A stretch of 64,000 nucleotides of DNA, from the IMG/VR virus record IMGVR_UViG_3300008107_000014, positions 32,001 through 96,000 of that record; one strand, 5' to 3'. Origin of the DNA: a virus. The position numbers were made by a program, and so were the translations under genes. The notes beneath the pieces are model-generated. The model saw only the letters and a program-made list of their open reading frames with translations, did no database searches and was not told where the DNA came from. Of the stretch, positions 49,112-58,314 are shown in pieces. Numbering within the stretch: position 1 is the first letter of the stretch; each line of letters begins with the position of its first letter.

Positions 49112-49151
49112 AGTATGTTCCAAAAGGATATACTATATTTATCGCGATTGT

Positions 49152-49817
49152 TTATATGGTTACATATTCGTAGACGGCACCTATAGCGTCACTATTCTTT
49201 AATTTAAGCATTAAAAGCGACTTTTCGTTGTCTACAAACACGTATCTGCGATCCCAATTCCATCTAGTGTTCATAAACCATTCTTCTACTGCGCTAGAAA
49301 TTCGAATAGTGTCTCCGCTGTTTTTAACAAACTCTACAAATTCTGATCGTTTGCTATCGCCAGTTGGCAATTTATGAGGTGTTAGGAATACCTTAAATTG
49401 ATATTTTTTATGCGGAAGATGCTTGCATAATACCCGCTTCTGATCACTTAGTAAATGTTCTGTCTGCGGAGTTGGTGCAAATCTACGCCAGGTAAACAAT
49501 GCAAATTCTCTGCTAGCTTCTTCAAAGAATAGTTTGTCGTTTGTGTAAATGTCAATTGCATCGCTTTCAATTCGTGTTCCGTATACTTCTTTTGGCCACT
49601 TAGACAGAATGTCTGCTAGTGCATACATATTGCGATTATTGTTGTATGCTTTATCGTAAGTGGCATACATGTTTTGTTTGTCATGTGGCTGCGACAAAAA
49701 TTCTTTAATCTCGTCACAGCTTTTATAGCGAAGAAGCGAAGCCCCCGGGCACCGGAGGCTAAGCTTGTAATGCCATTTATTGTAAAATTTACGTTTAACG
49801 GGCCTGGTCGAAATCAT
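49152..49817 (-). CDS. Hypothetical protein
   Basis: ATGA-coupled to clpA. Confidence 0.6.
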   Translation of the reverse strand: MISTRPVKRKFYNKWHYKLSLRCPGASLLRYKSCDEIKEFLSQPHDKQNMYATYDKAYNNNRNMYALADILSKWPKEVYGTRIESDAIDIYTNDKLFFEEASREFALFTWRRFAPTPQTEHLLSDQKRVLCKHLPHKKYQFKVFLTPHKLPTGDSKRSEFVEFVKNSGDTIRISSAVEEWFMNTRWNWDRRYVFVDNEKSLLMLKLKNSDAIGAVYEYVTI

Positions 49818-52114
49818 GTAGTGATATTAGTAAAACCAATCTCTGCAACTTCGACGTCTGGCTTAACTAGTTTCTTTTTGTTATCAGCAATATCAAAATC
49901 TAGTTTTCCATCAACAACTGTTATAGTGATCTTGCCACCGCCTTGCAATTCTCCAAATAGAATTTTGCGACTCAGCGGACTTTTAATCTCTGTATCAATA
50001 ACACGTTGCAGCGGACGAGCACCCATTTTACTATCAAAGCCCTTTTCTGCTAGATACCTAATAGCATCTTTATTAGCATTAATAGTGATGTTTTTATCTT
50101 TTAGTAGACCAGACAACTCAGAAACAAACTTTTCAACAATACTATAAACAATATCCTGACCTAGTTTATTGAACTTAATAGTGGCATCTAATCGATTGCG
50201 AAACTCTGGTTTAAAGAATTTCTTAACTGCTTTATCGTCCTCGCCTGTGCGTTCAGCACTGCCAAAACCAATTACACTCTTTTCGCTGTCAGCAGCACCT
50301 AGATTACTTGTCATAATCAAAATTGTATTGCGACCGTCTGCTACTTTACCGTTGGAACCTGTTACAAATCCATTATCCATAAATTGCAACATAATGTTAG
50401 AAACATCCGGATGTGCTTTTTCAATTTCATCTAGCAATAAAACGCAGTTGGGATTTTCCTGCAATTTAGTAATCAATTGACCTGCATTATCATCAAATCC
50501 AACATAGCCCGGAGGAGCGCCGATCAATTTAGCAACTGAATGCTTTTCCTGGAATTCGCTCATATCGAAACGAATCAAAGGCATTGACATCTTTTCTGCA
50601 AGTTGTTTAGCAGTTTCTGTTTTACCGCAGCCAGTTGGACCAAGGAATAGAAAACTACCGATCGGTTTGTTAGGGCTTTTCATTCCGGCTTGTGCCACAA
50701 AAATTTTATCTAGCAAATTATCGACCGCACTATCTTGACCAAACACAGCAGCTTTAATATTCTTTTCTAGGTTGCCAAGATTTTTACTTTCTTTTTGTGC
50801 AATATTTTCAACAGGCATATTAATCATCTTACTGACTTCAAACATAATTTGTTCAACATCAACAATATTAATAACATCTGTGGTATCGTCATCACGCAAT
50901 TTGTAACGTGCTGATGCACAGTCGATAACATCGATTGCTTTATCTGGCAACTTTTTATCGGCCATATACTTAATTGATAACTTAACAGCTTGTTCAATAG
51001 CAGCATCAGTAATTTTAACGTTATGGTGTTTTTCGTAATACTTTTTAACACCTTTAACAATTTTAACTGCAAGTTCTGGAGTAGGTTCATCGATTGTGAT
51101 ACGTTGGAAACGGCGCATTAATGCACGATCACTTTCAAAGTGCTTGCGATATTCTTCCCAAGTAGTTGATGCAATTAGTTTAATAATACCTTTTGTAAGT
51201 ATTGGTTTGAGAATATTTGCTAGGTCGTTGGCGCTTTGATTAGCAGCCCCTGCACCCTGCATCATATGTGCTTCGTCGATGAAAAGAATAATATTGCCTT
51301 TCTTTTCCAATGCAGCTAATACAGCCTTAATCCGTTCTTCAAAGTCTCCACGATACTTACTGCCGGCAAGTAGAGCACTGATGTCTAATGTGTATACTTG
51401 ATGATCCTGGATAAACTTAGGAACTTTCTTTTCGTGAATTTTACGTGCTAGTCCTTCGGCAATAGCAGTCTTGCCTACACCAGGATCACCAACCATTAGC
51501 ACGTTACATTTATTACGTCGAGCAAGTACCAATTGAACTTTTTCAAGTTCTTCGTCCCGCCCAATTACAGGATCGATCTTTTTCTGTTTAGCTTGTAGTG
51601 ACAGATTGGAACAAAATGAATTAATAATTTTCTCTACCTGATTTGAATTTGTTATTTGATTAGGTTCTTCATTTTCTTCACCGCCAAAGTTTTCTTGGCA
51701 ATATTTAATAAATTTTTCTTTGCTAATCCCACCCTTGGACAAATAGTAATATGCAAACGAATTCTTTTCACTGAGCATACTTACTAATACATCGATTGGT
51801 TCAATGGTTTGCCTTCCACTAAACAGTACTTGTGTAAAGCAGCGATTTAATACACGCTCTACACTGTTTGTTTTTTTAGGTTTATCGCCGTCGGAATTTT
51901 TAAGCTCATCAAGATTATTTTTAACAAATAATGCTAATTGCTCTTTAATGTATTTTGAATTAGCACCGAATTCTTCTAGAATTTTAAAAGAGTCGTTGTC
52001 TAACATAATACTGTATAGAACATGTTCTAGAGTTATATACTCATGCGTATTATCTTGAGCGATTTTAATAGCTTTCTCAAAGATTATCTGCAAGGAGTCG
52101 CTGGGCTGAATCAT
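49814..52114 (-). CDS. clpA: ATP-dependent Clp protease ATP-binding subunit ClpA-like
   Basis: N-domain HEYITLEH, two Walker A motifs (GDPGVGKT, GPTGCGKT), IDEAH, LDEIEKAHPD and GAPPGYVG. No ClpB middle domain. ATG 52114. Confidence 0.9.
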   Translation of the reverse strand: MIQPSDSLQIIFEKAIKIAQDNTHEYITLEHVLYSIMLDNDSFKILEEFGANSKYIKEQLALFVKNNLDELKNSDGDKPKKTNSVERVLNRCFTQVLFSGRQTIEPIDVLVSMLSEKNSFAYYYLSKGGISKEKFIKYCQENFGGEENEEPNQITNSNQVEKIINSFCSNLSLQAKQKKIDPVIGRDEELEKVQLVLARRNKCNVLMVGDPGVGKTAIAEGLARKIHEKKVPKFIQDHQVYTLDISALLAGSKYRGDFEERIKAVLAALEKKGNIILFIDEAHMMQGAGAANQSANDLANILKPILTKGIIKLIASTTWEEYRKHFESDRALMRRFQRITIDEPTPELAVKIVKGVKKYYEKHHNVKITDAAIEQAVKLSIKYMADKKLPDKAIDVIDCASARYKLRDDDTTDVINIVDVEQIMFEVSKMINMPVENIAQKESKNLGNLEKNIKAAVFGQDSAVDNLLDKIFVAQAGMKSPNKPIGSFLFLGPTGCGKTETAKQLAEKMSMPLIRFDMSEFQEKHSVAKLIGAPPGYVGFDDNAGQLITKLQENPNCVLLLDEIEKAHPDVSNIMLQFMDNGFVTGSNGKVADGRNTILIMTSNLGAADSEKSVIGFGSAERTGEDDKAVKKFFKPEFRNRLDATIKFNKLGQDIVYSIVEKFVSELSGLLKDKNITINANKDAIRYLAEKGFDSKMGARPLQRVIDTEIKSPLSRKILFGELQGGGKITITVVDGKLDFDIADNKKKLVKPDVEVAEIGFTNITT

Positions 52115-52608
52115 TATTTGGTCTTCCTTAATTTTTTCATAGCTAATTGTAACTTCATCTGCGACACTTTGTCTACAAAACAAATGCCATCTAAATGATC
52201 GTACTCGTGTTGGAAGCATCTAGCAAGATAGCCGTCTATCTTTACCTCGTGCAAATTACCTTTTGAATCTTGATATTGTGCAACAATCCAGTCCGGACGT
52301 TTGATAGTTAACCATAAGTCTGGATAACTTAAACACCCTTCTTTGAATAATGCTTGCTCAGTACTGTATTCTAAGATGTGTGGATTGAATACTGCAAACG
52401 GCTGCGGGAATCCCGGAACATTATCACTGCCGATTACAAATACTCGCTTGTTCAAGCCAAATTGATTAGCAGCAAGACCAACTCCATGATTTGCAACCAT
52501 GAACTCGATCATTTCTTTTTCAAGTAATTCTGCATCACCGTCTGTTTTAAAATCCCACGCTATACTCGGTGTAGTAAGCGTATCATGAACACCTAATTTA
52601 ATTTCCAT
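52114..52608 (-). CDS. def: Peptide deformylase
   Basis: GVGLAANQ, EGCLS and QHEYDHL. Confidence 0.93.
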   Translation of the reverse strand: MEIKLGVHDTLTTPSIAWDFKTDGDAELLEKEMIEFMVANHGVGLAANQFGLNKRVFVIGSDNVPGFPQPFAVFNPHILEYSTEQALFKEGCLSYPDLWLTIKRPDWIVAQYQDSKGNLHEVKIDGYLARCFQHEYDHLDGICFVDKVSQMKLQLAMKKLRKTK

Positions 52609-53440
52609 GTTTAAGTCTGGTGACAAGTTCTCGTTGCTCTTCTGTTAAATTTTTAGGAATGCCAACTTTAACTTTAACCATTAGTTTACCTTTAATTTTA
52701 TTATGCACATCTGGTAATCCTTCGTTAGAACAACTAAACACTGTGTCAGGCTGTGTTCCTGGTGGAATAGTGATGCTAATTACTCTGTTGTCTAGGGTAT
52801 GAAGTTCGATGGCAGTACCTAGCATTGCATCCCATACTGACATTTTCCACTCGCAGGTTAAATTGTTATGCTCTCGTTGAAAGACATCGTGTGGTCGAAC
52901 TTTAATATTTACAATTAAATCACCAGGTGGCGTATTGGGTATACCTGTGTCGCCCATGCCGCCGTATTTAATTTGTTGACCGTGATGTACACCTGCTGGT
53001 ATATTAATAGTTATTAATTTACGTTGCCCGGCAGGCATTCCGATCTCAGCTTCTATGTTTTTTCCGTGGAGCACATCGGCCAATGTAACTTCTACTGTGA
53101 CTTGAATGCTGGAATTTCTACGCTGGCGTTGCTGATGAAATCCACCAAAGGGATTAAACCCAAAGTGATTAAACACATCTTCAAATCCAGGATGCCCGCC
53201 AAATCCAAATCCACCTTGCTGTGGCCCACCGCCTTGTTGTTTAAGCGGATCTACTCCCATATCAACCATTTGTTTTTTCTGCGGATCACTGAGTACATCA
53301 TATGCTTCACTGACCTGTTTAAACATCGCTTCGTTGCCTCCGCGATCTGGATGATGTTTCATTGCTGCTTTTTTATAAGCTTTTTTAATTTCGTCTGGAG
53401 AAGCTCCAGGTGTAAGTCCAAGTGTTGAATAATATTCCAT
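52598..53440 (-). CDS. DnaJ-class co-chaperone lacking the zinc finger (CbpA-like)
   Basis: J-domain with HPD, G/F-rich linker, and C-terminal PGDL..IPPGTQ domain. Confidence 0.9.
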   Translation of the reverse strand: MEYYSTLGLTPGASPDEIKKAYKKAAMKHHPDRGGNEAMFKQVSEAYDVLSDPQKKQMVDMGVDPLKQQGGGPQQGGFGFGGHPGFEDVFNHFGFNPFGGFHQQRQRRNSSIQVTVEVTLADVLHGKNIEAEIGMPAGQRKLITINIPAGVHHGQQIKYGGMGDTGIPNTPPGDLIVNIKVRPHDVFQREHNNLTCEWKMSVWDAMLGTAIELHTLDNRVISITIPPGTQPDTVFSCSNEGLPDVHNKIKGKLMVKVKVGIPKNLTEEQRELVTRLKHGN

Positions 53441-53447
53441 AGTCTTC

Positions 53448-53476
53448 ATTATACATGTGAAAAAGGACTGTGTCAA
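53448..53476 (-). promoter_or_regulatory. Consensus sigma70 promoter TTGACA-17-TATAAT, 7 nt before the dnaJ ATG
   Basis: Perfect hexamers and spacer. No SD before ATG 53440. Confidence 0.8.
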
Positions 53477-53487
53477 ACAGTCCTTTT
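53461..53487 (-). terminator. Rho-independent terminator ending the lysis region
   Basis: AAAAGGACTGT-gtcaa-ACAGTCCTTTT perfect inverted repeat. Confidence 0.75.
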
Positions 53488-53513
53488 ATTTACTTCAGTA
53501 TAAGCTGGATAAA

Positions 53514-53756
53514 TTATTTTTTATCTTTTGTAGCACCTTCTACTTTAGTGCCTTCGTGTTTTTTGTGTACTTTAACTTCTTTACAGCTTTGTTTTACTTT
53601 ACCGGTCTTTTTATCCATTTCTGGTTTGCCGTCTTTGCCTTGTACATCAATACATATTTTTTTAGTTTTTGGAGCTTCTTCAGCCATTGCTGGATTATTC
53701 CATGACAAGAAAGAAACGCTTGCTACTACACATAATGCCCAAAATAAATTTTTCAT
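53514..53756 (-). CDS. Small secreted protein (signal peptide, two Cys, Lys-rich)
   Basis: MKNLFWALCVVASVSFLSWNNPAMA signal peptide. Confidence 0.6.
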   Translation of the reverse strand: MKNLFWALCVVASVSFLSWNNPAMAEEAPKTKKICIDVQGKDGKPEMDKKTGKVKQSCKEVKVHKKHEGTKVEGATKDKK

Positions 53757-53765
53757 ATTTTTTCC

Positions 53766-54242
53766 TTATAGTTCTGGTTCTGCTGGTTGTACAGGCATTG
53801 CTTTTCCTGTACTAGATATTGCCGGCGCTGCTGGAGCAACAGCAGCTGGTGCTATTGGAGTTGTACCCCAACTTGGTGCTGGTGTAAAACTTGTGCTTGG
53901 TGCAGCAACTGGCATTGGTGCAGGTGCGCTAAAATTGCTTGATGGTACTTGTGCTCCACCATTGTTTGCTCCACCTAATTTTTCTTGTGTGCGACCAAAT
54001 GCCGCAATACCAAGTACCGCACCCATTGCAATGTGGAATAATCCAGCACCTTGCAAGGTCAGTGGATTCCATTGTGTAATTTGTGTATGGGTAAATGTCT
54101 GTAATAGACTCCATAGAATTGGGAATATAACCATGTCCATGGTACAGACTAGCATGTACATCCAACCCATCATTGGACGCCACTTACTGTTCATCCAATC
54201 TTCTTTTTTACTTTCGCTCGCACTTTTTACTTCTTCTGACAT
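53766..54242 (-). CDS. Putative holin (3TM/GTA-holin-like) with Pro/Ala tail
   Basis: KWRPMMGWMY..TM..GAVLGIAAFGRTQEK, in the lysis region. Confidence 0.55.
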   Translation of the reverse strand: MSEEVKSASESKKEDWMNSKWRPMMGWMYMLVCTMDMVIFPILWSLLQTFTHTQITQWNPLTLQGAGLFHIAMGAVLGIAAFGRTQEKLGGANNGGAQVPSSNFSAPAPMPVAAPSTSFTPAPSWGTTPIAPAAVAPAAPAISSTGKAMPVQPAEPEL

Positions 54243-54262
54243 AGTTCGCTCCTATTTGTCTG

Positions 54263-54379
54263 TTACTTCTTGGCAATCATAGTTTGAATTTTTTCTTGTA
54301 TTGCTTTAGCCCAAAACGGTTGAGGAAAATTCCATCCTATAAATGCGCCAACTGCTACCCATAATAAAATATCTAACAT
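54263..54379 (-). CDS. 38-aa single-TM microprotein (not in ORF track)
   Basis: MLDILLWVAVGAFIGWNFPQPFWAKAIQEKIQTMIAKK with strong AGGAG RBS. Confidence 0.6.
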   Translation of the reverse strand: MLDILLWVAVGAFIGWNFPQPFWAKAIQEKIQTMIAKK

Positions 54380-54406
54380 AGTTCGCTCCTATTGTATACG
54401 TATTTA

Positions 54407-55180
54407 TTATCTTCCGATATATATTTTAGGTTCTGCTTCAGAACGACGTCGTTCTTCATTTTTAGGAAACAGATCATCGCCATATTGCGGATATTTTCTC
54501 GAACGATCGTAGGCTACCCACATAAACAATGCACCCATAGCAAGGATTATTATCATAATAGCAATCCCTACAATAAATTCACTCTGTAATTGCTTTAATC
54601 TAGCATTCCTGCGTCGATCCTCAATTGCCTGCCTCTTCATCTGTTGGGTTATAAGAACCTTCTGTTCCAACCCCATCTTTTTCATCATAGCATTTACATC
54701 AGTCCATAATGCGCCTAGTTCTGGTGGACTTTGGTAAATCATGATTTCTTGTAATTCTGTACCCATTTGTTCCAATTGTTTTTTCATTAGAACACGCTGT
54801 AAGGCACGTTTTGCTAGACTGTCGTCGCCTGTGTAAACCTGAGTCTTGCTACGCTTTTCTTCTTCTTCAAACACTGCCATGCACTTGTAGAAATTATCAT
54901 AGTATACGCCTAGATGATTGCCTATTTCTGTGTAAATGGATGTGGTTTCTTCGCTGCGCTTGTTTAGATCTTTAACACGAGCTTTTTCTTCTTGTAACTG
55001 TTTCTTTGCTTCTGGTGGAACTGGTTTACCATCATACATTTTGTGGAACTGGGAATCAAGGTCTTTTAATACATCCTTGACTTCTCCTGCTGCACCCTTT
55101 ATGTCCTTGTATAGTTTACATCCTGCTTTGACAGCAGAAACTGCACCATTAGCAAGGGCAAATAGGGTTAGTGGATCCAC
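54407..55180 (-). CDS. Coiled-coil protein with C-terminal TM helix
   Basis: FIVGIAIMIIILAMGALFMWV TM segment. GTG start after AGGAG. Confidence 0.6.
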   Translation of the reverse strand: MDPLTLFALANGAVSAVKAGCKLYKDIKGAAGEVKDVLKDLDSQFHKMYDGKPVPPEAKKQLQEEKARVKDLNKRSEETTSIYTEIGNHLGVYYDNFYKCMAVFEEEEKRSKTQVYTGDDSLAKRALQRVLMKKQLEQMGTELQEIMIYQSPPELGALWTDVNAMMKKMGLEQKVLITQQMKRQAIEDRRRNARLKQLQSEFIVGIAIMIIILAMGALFMWVAYDRSRKYPQYGDDLFPKNEERRRSEAEPKIYIGR

Positions 55181-55192
55181 ACCCTTGGCTCC

Positions 55193-55756
55193 TTAGAACC
55201 AAAGGAACAGACCATTTAGACTCAATAGTATACCAAACCCTGCTACTGCAAAACTACCCCAGAACATGGCCATGCTTACTGCTAAAATACTTGCAGATAA
55301 CACAACAATGGCTAACTGGTAAGCTGTACTTGCGTATCCAATCCATGGACTAGACTTTTTAGCTTCTTCACGTAGGGCTTCCATTTCTCTTGCTTTGACA
55401 GCAATTTCTTTCTTGTCAGCATCCATGCGTTCTTTTTCAGCTAGAAATTCTGCTTTAATTTTTGGATCAGCAGTTGTTTTAGCAGCAATTTCGTAGCTAA
55501 CGCCACGACCTGCTTTGGCTTGATACTGTGCCCATGTGTTATTAGCACCCAGTGTATTGTTTAATACTGTACTAGATAACTTGCCACCGTACCATGCGTT
55601 AACTGCTAGTAACAATGCAAATATGGAAATAACCATACCCGCTTTGTCTTTTAGTTTTGCTTCACGCTCTGAACGTGATCCAATCGGAGGCTTTGGTGCG
55701 TCCGGATCTTTTGGTTGTTTGTTGATTAGATTTAATACGCTGTCTATTAATGCCAT
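55193..55756 (-). CDS. Membrane protein, DUF4337-like
   Basis: N-terminal TM, NTWAQYQAK, coiled coil and two C-terminal TMs. Confidence 0.6.
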   Translation of the reverse strand: MALIDSVLNLINKQPKDPDAPKPPIGSRSEREAKLKDKAGMVISIFALLLAVNAWYGGKLSSTVLNNTLGANNTWAQYQAKAGRGVSYEIAAKTTADPKIKAEFLAEKERMDADKKEIAVKAREMEALREEAKKSSPWIGYASTAYQLAIVVLSASILAVSMAMFWGSFAVAGFGILLSLNGLFLWF

Positions 55757-55779
55757 GTTCGCTCCTGCTTAATATACTA

Positions 55780-56400
55780 CTATTTAACTGATTCGAAGAT
55801 TTTCTTCTGCTCTCTATACCATTCTTGCCATGCACTTAGCTTTTCTCTTACTTCGTTACAGGTTCCGTAGTTTTGGACGACTGTGTCGAGGAGTTCAGAG
55901 GCTTTAACGGTGCTGGGGGTTCCATCAGTTGACTCGGCACGTCCGGCCACTTCATTACGACTGGCGCTGTCGTGCAAGCTGACAGTAGACTTAGGCAAAG
56001 TACACTGATTATCAAGCTGCTTGCCTGCAACTTCTTTAATAACTTCTCTGTTGATATAAACATTTTCTTTAATCACCTTAACTTTAGTTACAACTTTGGT
56101 TTCGATAACAGTGTTAACCTGTTGGCTCTTTTCTTCTGCTATTTTAACTTTTGCTTCTAATTCTTCAACTCTAGCCCGCCACGCCATTTCAGTACCGTAG
56201 CTGCCAAACAAATATGTACCAACAACTAACACAGCTACGCCAATTAATTCTGCAGGCAACTTATACTGCCCCATTAACGGAATCCATGCAACTAATTTAC
56301 TGGCAATATACAATCCGACACCCAATGTCATCAGTGCATATGTTATCCAAATAAAAATACTATCCGGAATAAGACTTATCATCCATCCGAGTTGATGCAT
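55780..56400 (-). CDS. Inner-membrane spanin (Rz-like)
   Basis: N-terminal TMs, periplasmic coiled coil and two Cys. Directly after the endolysin. Confidence 0.7.
   Translation of the reverse strand: MHQLGWMISLIPDSIFIWITYALMTLGVGLYIASKLVAWIPLMGQYKLPAELIGVAVLVVGTYLFGSYGTEMAWRARVEELEAKVKIAEEKSQQVNTVIETKVVTKVKVIKENVYINREVIKEVAGKQLDNQCTLPKSTVSLHDSASRNEVAGRAESTDGTPSTVKASELLDTVVQNYGTCNEVREKLSAWQEWYREQKKIFESVK
55848..56063 (-). CDS. Outer-membrane spanin lipoprotein (Rz1-like), embedded out of frame in the i-spanin
   Basis: Hydrophobic stretch, lipobox LSAC and Pro-rich mature part. Confidence 0.7.
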   Translation of the reverse strand: MFISTEKLLKKLQASSLIISVLCLSLLSACTTAPVVMKWPDVPSQLMEPPAPLKPLNSSTQSSKTTEPVTK

Positions 56401-56402
56401 AA

Positions 56403-57032
56403 TTAATGAGCTCCAAATATATGCAATGCATGTTCATAATGTTTAATACGATCTTCTAGGCCAATGTAACCGCCATTGATTTTTCTTGTCATTGTTTTAA
56501 TGTCGCCTGCATCTGCTTCTTTATTCAAACCAGTGCTTTCCCAGAAATAGCAAGCAGACTGGACTGCGCCTTCAAATGTTTGTAGATATTCTGAACATTC
56601 TTCAACAGAAATATCTAAGCTACCGGCAAACAACGTATAGTTGTTTTTACCAGTCAGTTGAATTAACCCCCGCCCACAATAGCGATATCCGTCTCCGCTT
56701 TCTTCTGGACCGTTGCCCATGCGGTTAGCATAGACTCTATTGGCAATCATTTCGCCTTTGTTTGCATAACGTGCCGCAGTTGCATCGTCAGTGAAGTACT
56801 TGGGAAATACCTTACGTAGACTTGCAGCTTTATAATTTAGATTTTCTTTTAAAAATTTAAAACCGCCAGATTCGTGAGCGCATTGAGCTAAGAATGCTGC
56901 TACACGGTGCGGTGTATTAATTTCATACTCTGGTAAAATATCGCATAGTGCTTCGTACCAGTGATCAACATATTGATTGCCTGGAATTACCTGTGCTAGT
57001 TGTTGTTTTTTAAATTCAAATGTAAAACTCAT
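56403..57032 (-). CDS. Endolysin, glycoside hydrolase family 19
   Basis: AAFLAQCAHESGG, ENLNY, YCGRGLIQLTGKNNY and TRKINGG. Confidence 0.9.
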   Translation of the reverse strand: MSFTFEFKKQQLAQVIPGNQYVDHWYEALCDILPEYEINTPHRVAAFLAQCAHESGGFKFLKENLNYKAASLRKVFPKYFTDDATAARYANKGEMIANRVYANRMGNGPEESGDGYRYCGRGLIQLTGKNNYTLFAGSLDISVEECSEYLQTFEGAVQSACYFWESTGLNKEADAGDIKTMTRKINGGYIGLEDRIKHYEHALHIFGAH

Positions 57033-57787
57033 GTTAGTTTCTCCAATACTAAAGACTCGTTCTTATTCTTTAATAAGAACTGTTCACCAATTTTAGTAAT
57101 ACCATAGTCGCCTAGAACCTTGGTTAACCAAAATACTTCTCCCATGCTTGCTGAATCGAGTTGAATGTTTACTGCTGTGTTTTCTAAAATGTTTTTTGCT
57201 GTATCTTCTGGAACTAGTTTAAATTTAAGTTGCTGATTAAATGGCTTGTGAATAGTAATAACATTTCCATCTAATGTTAAATCATCCATTAATGTTTTGC
57301 TAAAGAATTTTTTAATGCCTTCGGTTTTAACTTTGGTCATAAGTCCGTCATATTCTTGAGGATTATTAGGAACAAAGTTTTCTAAGGCTTGCTCGTCAAT
57401 CTTGTGAGTGGTAAAGTTTTTGTGATATCTAAAACCCCACTCACTTGTATCTGTTAATCGTTTTAGTCCTTCGATAATTTCTTTAATTTGATCGTGCAAT
57501 TTATCTTTACGCTCTAGTTCGACGAATACAGTGTATCCGCCGTCCATGTCTTCTCCGCTGCTAACGTCTGCGTCTAAAACAAAACTGTAGCCTCTCTCAA
57601 TAAATTCCATCATGTCTTTTGCTGGCAATCTATCTTTAACAGAGAAGCTTAGTACACAGACATCACGGTCTTCTCCCATCTTACTACGATGGCGATCGAT
57701 TTCGAACATTGGTTCGATGAGATTGTTTAAATCTCCCGGACGAAGTCCTTCGTTAAGCTGCTGGTGCTGCTGCTTCTGGTTGTGCAT
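57029..57787 (-). CDS. Hypothetical protein
   Basis: Intact ORF, ATGA-coupled to the endolysin. Confidence 0.6.
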   Translation of the reverse strand: MHNQKQQHQQLNEGLRPGDLNNLIEPMFEIDRHRSKMGEDRDVCVLSFSVKDRLPAKDMMEFIERGYSFVLDADVSSGEDMDGGYTVFVELERKDKLHDQIKEIIEGLKRLTDTSEWGFRYHKNFTTHKIDEQALENFVPNNPQEYDGLMTKVKTEGIKKFFSKTLMDDLTLDGNVITIHKPFNQQLKFKLVPEDTAKNILENTAVNIQLDSASMGEVFWLTKVLGDYGITKIGEQFLLKNKNESLVLEKLT

Positions 57788-58298
57788 TTTGAATATCCTG
57801 TACTTGTTGTTCTACGTTATCTTGTTCTAATTGCATACCTGCACGTTGGTCTAGTGCATCGTCGATTTTATTCTGATCTAATTCTTTGTAGCCTTGATCA
57901 ATATCGTGCATTAATTTTTTCGGCATTGCAATTTCAACAATCCATACCGGCACCTGATCAATTTTTCCCTTGCGTGTACCTGGACGAATATCACCGGGAG
58001 TACGAATTTTTCGTACTTTAGAAATTGATTCTTCGGAATAGTTAATTCTGCAGCCGTAATCAGTTAGGCGTTTTGCAGCAATAGGGTTTGGCATCTTTTT
58101 ATGAGGCCACATAAACTTGCAAGATACCCAATATCTTGACTCTTTAGGACCCTCAACAAGCTCGCCGTCGATCCAGTTTTCATAAACGTAGCAATCCAGT
58201 TCGTCAACAACACGCTCAAAGTCTTTTAGCATCTTTAAACTGCTATTAGAACCGTATATTGTTTCAATGTTACGGATTACGTCTTTAATATCTAGCAT
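57753..58298 (-). CDS. Hypothetical protein
   Basis: GGAG RBS, downstream of ATAAATA (58315-58321). Confidence 0.65.
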   Translation of the reverse strand: MLDIKDVIRNIETIYGSNSSLKMLKDFERVVDELDCYVYENWIDGELVEGPKESRYWVSCKFMWPHKKMPNPIAAKRLTDYGCRINYSEESISKVRKIRTPGDIRPGTRKGKIDQVPVWIVEIAMPKKLMHDIDQGYKELDQNKIDDALDQRAGMQLEQDNVEQQVQDIQNAQPEAAAPAA

Positions 58299-58314
58299 AG
58301 AAATTCTCCCATTG

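Noticed and set aside
53470-54282. 270-aa plus-strand ORF, and the many other short antisense ORFs in the track
   Set aside because: They are shadows of well-supported opposite-strand genes, with no RBS or recognisable motifs.
54407-55180. HeLo/MLKL-like pore-forming N-terminus (MDPLTLFALA..)
   Set aside because: The resemblance is limited to the first few residues.
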